Below, piece after piece: positions 58,230-64,000 of a stretch of 64,000 nucleotides of DNA. Made by a program: the position numbers and the translations under genes. The notes below the pieces were generated by a model that made no database searches, was not told the origin of the DNA, and was given only the letters and a program-made list of their open reading frames with translations. The stretch spans positions 2,494 through 66,493 of IMG/VR virus record IMGVR_UViG_3300009173_000011. The stretch is one strand, 5' to 3'. Origin of the DNA: a virus. Numbering within the stretch: the first letter of the stretch is position 1; each line of letters opens with the position of its first letter.

Positions 58230-59108
58230 TTAATGTATGCCGATGGCTATAGCTACATTTTTTAATGCCATCAATCCACAAGCATGACCCTTGCCAGTAC
58301 ATGACCCACAAACAGATGGACAAACGAATACTTTATTATACCCTTGATTTTTTGCCGATTGTCGCACCTCATTAGCGTATTCTTTCCAGTTAGTTGAGGT
58401 CTGTTTTACCTTACTGGGAACGGCTATGAATTCACCTCTGGTACATGGTAATAATTCCATTAAAGGTTTTAAGTGAGTATACCTTGACCCAGAACTTAAA
58501 TTCAATCGGTAGTTATCTGGAAATTTGCCTTTATACTCTAGGAAATAATTCCATGATTTGCTATAACCATATGACTGGATGTCTGGTCGAGTCTTCAACT
58601 GGTCAAACCAAAACTGGAGGTCTTCAACACTACTGAAGTCACCATCTACATATAACCTTAAATCGGCTCCAGTTTTGATGGTCTGGAATGCATCGGCTAT
58701 AATGTCCTTACGTTCAATCATAAGGATAAAACTCATGAACTGGCGAAAGAATGCACTAGGATACCTCCATGCCTTTAATGAATAGCAAAATTTGGCACAT
58801 TCGAACGCTCCGTTACAAGTGAATAAAGGGAGGCTTGAGAACGTGTAAAAAGGGAGTTTTTTATTTCCGTTTTTATTGAATAGAGTAAAAGGTAAATTGG
58901 TGTGGTCTGAAGTTATGCCATCTGATGTAAAAGCTTTGAATTTCTTGATGTTATAAAGCCATGTATTCGATTTGTGTTGACTAGGTATAAGAGTTAATTT
59001 GTCTTCAAGGGTCTGTAGGTCTGAAGTTAATCCTATTAAGCCTTTATGTCGGTAGGTATTCACTAGGAGCATTAAAGCCTTTTTATTCATTACTGGTGCG
59101 TTTTTCAT
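58230..59108 (-). CDS. GP88-like Cys-cluster (radical-SAM-like) protein
   Basis: GN.KL, TC.GA..C..FCY, LRLYVDGDF, YGYSK, CP..CGSC. Confidence 0.7.
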   Translation of the reverse strand: MKNAPVMNKKALMLLVNTYRHKGLIGLTSDLQTLEDKLTLIPSQHKSNTWLYNIKKFKAFTSDGITSDHTNLPFTLFNKNGNKKLPFYTFSSLPLFTCNGAFECAKFCYSLKAWRYPSAFFRQFMSFILMIERKDIIADAFQTIKTGADLRLYVDGDFSSVEDLQFWFDQLKTRPDIQSYGYSKSWNYFLEYKGKFPDNYRLNLSSGSRYTHLKPLMELLPCTRGEFIAVPSKVKQTSTNWKEYANEVRQSAKNQGYNKVFVCPSVCGSCTGKGHACGLMALKNVAIAIGIH

Positions 59109-59666
59109 ATTGTTTAGTTTAGTTAATTAATAGTTAAAAACTAGTGTAAATATAGTGTAAAACTAGTTAGTAAACAATGGCATGATTTAATTATACCTAA
59201 ATTGAAAGGTCAAAATGTATGTAATCTATTGCTGATCAGCGGCTTATGATGCATTTTTTAGGTGCATTTTGTTCTAATTTTTTTTAGGCTTACTGGGTAT
59301 TGACCAGTTATAAACCGATAGTTCTCTATTCGGTTTAATTTCTTTAAGCCAGTCTTAAAGACCTCTTTAACCTAGTAGGCTCCTATCCATATCCTAATGA
59401 CTCTTTTAAACTGGTGCGAACTGGTGCGACTTTCCGAGATTTTTAGCATATTGCAATGGCCCACTAGATGGGGAGCTTGTCCTATAATTATTATTATGTT
59501 AAGTAGGGAGGTCGATTTGACCCAGAACGAACGAGCCAAAAAGTCCAGATATTTCTGGAAAAAGACCCACCCCCCCCCTCGATTTCCAATCCGTTTCCCC
59601 AGAGCCGGGCCGCTTGTGTGCTATATAATAACCCTCGACTTCGGTATGTGTAATAAAAATTTTTAC

Positions 59667-59674
59667 TATCTTTG
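59667..59674 (+). promoter_or_regulatory. -7 promoter element, likely leaderless
   Basis: TATCTTTG + 4 nt + ATG 59679. Confidence 0.6.
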
Positions 59675-59678
59675 TTAA

Positions 59679-59981
59679 ATGGCAAAGTCAAAAAACACAC
59701 CAGGGATCTACAAGGCTATCAAGAGTAGCTATCCAAAGAAAGGAACTCCGAAACACAAAGGTGATGACGAGTATAAAACTTTAGAGCATAAGAATCATTT
59801 CTACGACAACGACTACACTATCAAGAATGGTAGGTTAGTAAACAACGCACCGGACACAGAGACGGGCATCTTCAGGGCGGGACAGATAAAGAATTCTGCG
59901 AAGAACATGAAGAAGATCATGCAGGGCGTTGATGCTATCCGGATAGCCAAGATGATAGACAAGGACGAGGGTAGTTTATAA
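59679..59981 (+). CDS. basic hypothetical protein
   Basis: Y.IKNGRLVN.AP..ETGI motif; own promoter and terminator. Confidence 0.65.
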   Translation: MAKSKNTPGIYKAIKSSYPKKGTPKHKGDDEYKTLEHKNHFYDNDYTIKNGRLVNNAPDTETGIFRAGQIKNSAKNMKKIMQGVDAIRIAKMIDKDEGSL

Positions 59982-60007
59982 GCAATAACTAGTTTTCCAT
60001 TAGTTAC

Positions 60008-60045
60008 AAAAGGGGCAAAGACATTTGGGGGTCTAGCCCCTTTTT
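60008..60045. terminator. probable bidirectional intrinsic terminator
   Basis: AAAAGGGGC...GCCCCTTTTT between convergent genes. Confidence 0.7.
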
Positions 60046-60165
60046 ATTATCTTTATATTCAAGATGGATTACGTTCACGACCAAACTTTTTTCGTATTAG
60101 ATTACTACAGCAGTTTCACTTTTTCTTTTGAGGAGTTAACTTTTGATTACATTTCTTAACAATTA

Positions 60166-60371
60166 GTGTCGGTTTATTCTTTTTAATGTCGGTTTAATGT
60201 CGACTTTATGTCGGTTTAGAAAACTATAAGTTATTGATTTATAATATATTAATATAGTTCAATGTCGGAATGTCGACTTTAGTACGTACTATAGAGATTT
60301 AAAAAAACCATATTATATTATAATAAAAAGTAAAAGGGAGTTGGACCGGTGTTAAGTTGACACTTCGACAT
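60166..60371. repeat. iteron-like locus B, homologous to locus A
   Basis: RTGTCG at 60166, 60186, 60197, 60208, 60262, 60270; TACTATAGAGATTTAAAA 60287-60304; inverted CGACAT 60366. Confidence 0.65.
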
Positions 60372-60632
60372 TCAATTTTTGGAGAAGACTTCAAACTCAA
60401 TAGAGAGTTTTTCTGTTAGGTATTTACAGTCTATTAGTTCCCAATCTCGTCCTGATCCCTCGTCCATAAAGTCTTCCATTTCCTGCTCGTCATAAAAGTA
60501 GAAGAAGATTTGTTTATTATTAAAAAGGAAGTCGATAGCATATTCATCGATAACGGTATGAGGGGGATTGGTAGCGACATAGACCACTTGTATATCGCCT
60601 TTAGTTTGTATCAATGCTCTATAGATTTTCAT
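60372..60632 (-). CDS. acidic hypothetical protein
   Basis: 86-aa ORF divergent from groEL. Confidence 0.5.
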   Translation of the reverse strand: MKIYRALIQTKGDIQVVYVATNPPHTVIDEYAIDFLFNNKQIFFYFYDEQEMEDFMDEGSGRDWELIDCKYLTEKLSIEFEVFSKN

Positions 60633-60682
60633 AATGTTTATATGTATATCCGGGATAAGCTATTAAAGTTCGACAAAAAATT

Positions 60683-60690
60683 TAACTTTG
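60683..60690 (+). promoter_or_regulatory. -7 promoter element for groEL-groES
   Basis: TAACTTTG followed by (AAATC)3 leader. Confidence 0.6.
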
Positions 60691-60711
60691 TATAAAATCA
60701 AATCAAATTAA

Positions 60712-62292
60712 ATGATAGTTAAAGACATCAGTTTCGACTCTGACGGTCGAGACAAGTTACTTTCCGGCATCAACAAATTAGCCGATGCAGTTAAAAGCAC
60801 CCTCGGAGCTGGAGGCGAAACCGTTCTGATAGAATCGGAGCAACACACGGGTGGACTAACGATTACAAAAGACGGGGTGACCGTTGCCAAGAGCATAACC
60901 TTAATGGATCCTATTGAGAACCTGGCGGTAACGATGATGAAAGAGGCCGCTGAAAATACTGCCATCACTGCTGGTGATGGAACGACTACGGCAATCGTGT
61001 TAACACAATCTATAATCAACACGGCATTAGATTATATTGCGAAGAGTAAGCCAGAGGATATTAACAAGATGGAGATGATAGGTGCTATTCGACAGATGAG
61101 CGATAAGATTGTTAAGGTATTATTAAAGTCGGCAAAAAAAATTACCACCAAGGGCATCTTAAATGTTGCCACGATAAGTTCTAATAATGATGATAAGTTA
61201 GGCTCGATCATTGCGGAGGCATACACTAAAGTAGGTCGTGGTGGCGTAGTCACATTGGAGGACTCAAAAAATTCTGATACCTACTGCGACATCATTGAGG
61301 GTGTTAAGATACACCGGGGATTCACCTCCAAGCATTTCATCAACGACATTCGCAAGGAGATGTGCGTATTAGACAAGCCGTACATTTTAGTTACCGATCA
61401 GGAGATTAATAGCATTAGTGCTATTGACAAGGCATTGACTCCGGTATTAAAAAAGGGTCGCTCTGTTCTTATCATCGGCAATGTTGGTGAGAACGCCATT
61501 AAGACATTAGCCGTGAATCACATGAAAGGCATCATCAACGTATGCAATATCATCCCTCCTCAGTTTGGATATAAGTCTCACGAGTTGTGCCAGGATATAG
61601 CCCAAGCTACGGGAGCGAAATTTTTCTCCGAGAGCATGGGTGATGACTTGAGTCTCATTGAGTTTGATGATTTAGGTGAAGCTAAGAAAGCCATCATTAC
61701 GGCAGAGACAACGGTGTTGACCTTAACGGAGAATGCTCCTCTCATTGAAGACCACATCAAATCGCTATGGGAACTTCACGATGAAACAAAATTAAACCAC
61801 GAAAAGGCGTTCATCAAAGAACGCATAGCCACTTTAACCGGAGGCATTGGCGTGGTTTATGTGGGGGCCAATTCCGATATTGAGTTAAAGGAAAAAAGGG
61901 ATCGTGTAGATGATGCCATCTGTGCGACCCGTGCCGCCCTTGAGAATGGCATTCTTCCTGGTGGAGGGATAGCCTTAAAAAATATCGCCAATAATTATAA
62001 GACCAATGGCAGTACCAAGTCGGAGACATTAGGGCAAGTGATTTTAATGAAATCATTATCACAGCCGTTCGCCATTATCTGTCGCAATGCGGGAATTGAT
62101 CCCAATGAGATATCAAAAAAATTCGATGCCAACGGCATAGGGGTCGATGTTCGCACCAAGGAGGTAGGAGATATGTATAAACTTGGCATCATTGATCCTG
62201 CCAAGGTTACTGCGTGTGCTATTGAGAATGCTGTTTCGGTAGCGACCACAATATTAAGCACTAATGCAATCATCACAAATGTAAGATTATGA
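60712..62292 (+). CDS. groEL: phage-encoded chaperonin GroEL (Cpn60)
   Basis: LADAVKSTLG, ITKDGVTVAK, AGDGTTT, ELKEKRDRVDDA, GILPGGG, GIIDPAKV; no GGM tail. Confidence 0.96.
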   Translation: MIVKDISFDSDGRDKLLSGINKLADAVKSTLGAGGETVLIESEQHTGGLTITKDGVTVAKSITLMDPIENLAVTMMKEAAENTAITAGDGTTTAIVLTQSIINTALDYIAKSKPEDINKMEMIGAIRQMSDKIVKVLLKSAKKITTKGILNVATISSNNDDKLGSIIAEAYTKVGRGGVVTLEDSKNSDTYCDIIEGVKIHRGFTSKHFINDIRKEMCVLDKPYILVTDQEINSISAIDKALTPVLKKGRSVLIIGNVGENAIKTLAVNHMKGIINVCNIIPPQFGYKSHELCQDIAQATGAKFFSESMGDDLSLIEFDDLGEAKKAIITAETTVLTLTENAPLIEDHIKSLWELHDETKLNHEKAFIKERIATLTGGIGVVYVGANSDIELKEKRDRVDDAICATRAALENGILPGGGIALKNIANNYKTNGSTKSETLGQVILMKSLSQPFAIICRNAGIDPNEISKKFDANGIGVDVRTKEVGDMYKLGIIDPAKVTACAIENAVSVATTILSTNAIITNVRL

Positions 62293-62549
62293 AAGCAATA
62301 GGTAAACACATAGTCATCATGCCCATCAATGAGGAGACAACTACTCAGAGCGGGCTTATTATGTCTGGCGATGAGATGGATGAGATGCGCTATAAAAAAG
62401 GTAAAGTAATAAGTTCGGGAACTGAGTGCAATCACATTGACAATGAGAGCATTGTGTATTATGACAAGGCTGCCGGACACAAAGCCAGACTTAATGGTGA
62501 CACTATTTATACCATTATCCAAGAGAGGGACATCGTAATATGTCTATAA
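62289..62549 (+). CDS. groES: co-chaperonin GroES (Cpn10)
   Basis: EETTTQSGLIM mobile loop, GKVIS.G, II.ERDI; ATGA overlap with groEL. Confidence 0.9.
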   Translation: MKAIGKHIVIMPINEETTTQSGLIMSGDEMDEMRYKKGKVISSGTECNHIDNESIVYYDKAAGHKARLNGDTIYTIIQERDIVICL

Positions 62550-62578
62550 AATTTATTACCTTTGTACAAAAGGAATAG

Positions 62579-62821
62579 ATGAACCCAGAAAAATTTGATT
62601 TGAAATTTCTGCTAACTATTGCTATATTTATAGGCGGCATAGGAGGGTTTTATTATAACACCTCCTACAAGTTGGAACGGATGGAGCAGCGCATGGAGAT
62701 ATTAGAAGAGGACAGCAAGACCATCATACGTTTAGAGGAGAGGGTAAAATCTATACAAAACCAAACGAATGAGATATATGAACTTCTTAGGGATATTGTT
62801 CGTTCTTCTGCTAACGATTAG
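62579..62821 (+). CDS. N-terminal TM + coiled-coil protein (i-spanin-like)
   Basis: FLLTIAIFIGGIGGFYY followed by heptads; TACCTTTG at 62557-62564. Confidence 0.5.
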   Translation: MNPEKFDLKFLLTIAIFIGGIGGFYYNTSYKLERMEQRMEILEEDSKTIIRLEERVKSIQNQTNEIYELLRDIVRSSAND

Positions 62822-62942
62822 TTGCGAGACTAGTCATAGTAATGAGCGGATCGATGATGTTGACTCCGTAAAAGTCGATAGCGTAGATGCTCGTACTTAT
62901 TTAGAGGAGGAGGAAAAAAAAAAGAATGTCAACAAAAGTTAG
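62778..62942 (+). CDS. small lipoprotein (o-spanin-like), possibly extended to 63049 in the -1 frame
   Basis: MNFLGILFVLLLTIS-C lipobox; overlaps the end of the upstream TM gene; not in ORF track. Confidence 0.55.
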   Translation: MNFLGILFVLLLTISCETSHSNERIDDVDSVKVDSVDARTYLEEEEKKKNVNKS

Positions 62943-63020
62943 ATGGGGTCGATGCACGTTTGGATAGCATTAAAATATTGTTGAAGAAACATAAACAACA
63001 TTTACGTAAATTAAAAAAAG

Positions 63021-63272
63021 ATGGCAAGAACAAGCGGAAAAGCATTTAAAGATCATTATAAGACTAAGATGGAGACTGTCGACTTAGGTGGCGATAAGTT
63101 TAAAATTAAAAAAGGTGGGTTCCACGAAACAACTGGAACACCCCCCGGCGATAAGATTCCAAAATCTAAATGGAGAGCGGCCCTTGCAGGGAAGTATGGC
63201 AAAAAGGGTGAGAAACAGGCTCGGACCGGTTTGGCGATGATGGGAAAAACTGCTGAAGAATACGGAGTATGA
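63021..63272 (+). CDS. small basic protein
   Basis: IKKGGFH....TPPG.KIP.SK...A motif. Confidence 0.65.
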   Translation: MARTSGKAFKDHYKTKMETVDLGGDKFKIKKGGFHETTGTPPGDKIPKSKWRAALAGKYGKKGEKQARTGLAMMGKTAEEYGV

Positions 63273-63281
63273 AAAAGCTTT

Positions 63282-63407
63282 ATGAAAACATATTATATTT
63301 TATTAACTCTATTCTTATTAGGCTCGTGTGGTGGTGTTAAAGATGGATGCTATTATCCTGACCCTCCACCTACGTATAATAAAGATGGACAAATTATTAA
63401 ACAATGA
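63282..63407 (+). CDS. 41-aa Pro-rich lipoprotein
   Basis: MKTLLYLLTLFLLGS-CGG lipobox, PDPPP; ATGA overlap with next gene; not in ORF track. Confidence 0.6.
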   Translation: MKTYYILLTLFLLGSCGGVKDGCYYPDPPPTYNKDGQIIKQ

Positions 63408-63829
63408 CTTATAGAACTTCACAACCACTACATCCCACCGAGGGTGGCAAACCAAAAAGAAAAACCGTTACTAAAAAGAAACAAGTTTTAGTAGATAAAA
63501 GTTTTAGTCCCCCTTTGAGAGGCTCGGTTGAGACTCGCACTAAACAGATCAATAGGAAAGCAGGGTCAAAACGAAGAATCACTAAGACGAAAGAAAGGGT
63601 TATCAATGCCGCTAAAGATGGAGCGGAGTATAGAAACTATGAATTTCCGAAACGCCATGTTGTAAAGAAGAGCAAGGTCACCAGGGATCAATTTGGTCAA
63701 GGTCATATTAAAAAGAAAACTTCTGTTAGGAAAAAGGGAAAGATGGCCCCACAACATACTACAAAGGATAAGTACAGAGGTGCTAGAGGAATTGCCCGTG
63801 GAAGAAGAAAAGTATTAGGAAAAGAATAG
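63404..63829 (+). CDS. very basic Lys/Arg-rich protein
   Basis: Composition; coupled start. Confidence 0.6.
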   Translation: MTYRTSQPLHPTEGGKPKRKTVTKKKQVLVDKSFSPPLRGSVETRTKQINRKAGSKRRITKTKERVINAAKDGAEYRNYEFPKRHVVKKSKVTRDQFGQGHIKKKTSVRKKGKMAPQHTTKDKYRGARGIARGRRKVLGKE

Positions 63830-63834
63830 TAGCC

Positions 63835-64000
63835 ATGAGAAACAAGATGGATGGCCCCGGTAGGTCAAAGAAGAAACAGGCTAAAAGGATTATGACAACA
63901 AAGGAGAAGTTGCATGGTCATTGGCGGGCACCCGGACAGAAAGGATTCTTTAAGCAGTTCACGATGGATAACCTAAAGAAAGATTACAAGTGGGCCTATG
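63835..64000 (+). CDS. basic protein, truncated by window end
   Basis: MRNKMDGPGRSKKK...; frame open to the end. Confidence 0.5.
   Translation, partial: MRNKMDGPGRSKKKQAKRIMTTKEKLHGHWRAPGQKGFFKQFTMDNLKKDYKWAY

Noticed and set aside
1-64000. Alternative genetic code, tRNA genes, prophage integration functions
   Set aside because: Long ORFs read cleanly in the standard code with all three stops used; no cloverleaf, integrase or host genes recognised by eye.

Overview
This window is most of a lytic dsDNA tailed phage genome, probably a podovirus-type phage of Bacteroidota (Flavobacteriia-like host). The host call rests on TAnnTTTG promoters, A-rich leaders without Shine-Dalgarno sites and a BACON-like domain. 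The + strand 1-37.8 kb carries lysis genes, a GroES-like gene, terminase, portal, scaffold, major capsid, tail/ring/muzzle proteins, fibres, a glycosyltransferase and ejection proteins. The largest of these is a 3408-aa polyvalent protein with HExxH and ADP-ribosyltransferase modules. The - strand 37.8-59.1 kb carries early and replication genes: primase-helicase, SSB, exonuclease, Sak3-like annealase, SNF2 helicase, three C5 DNA methyltransferase-like genes, Mom-like, PAPS-reductase-like and 2OG-Fe(II) enzymes, and two DnaA-domain-IV proteins. The + strand from 59.7 kb carries groEL/groES and small basic proteins and lipoproteins. No DNA polymerase, integrase, tRNA or CRISPR was recognised. 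Four signals stand out. (1) Eight 82-98 bp intergenic elements with a covarying, strand-specific hairpin punctuate the early region into 1-2 gene cassettes. (2) A putative protein O-glycosyltransferase lies next to a virion protein with mucin-like poly-Thr tracts. (3) A methyltransferase beta-type subunit is encoded inside its partner in another frame. (4) Two homologous iteron/origin-like loci lie 12.5 kb apart. All protein calls come from motif recognition by eye, not from database searches.
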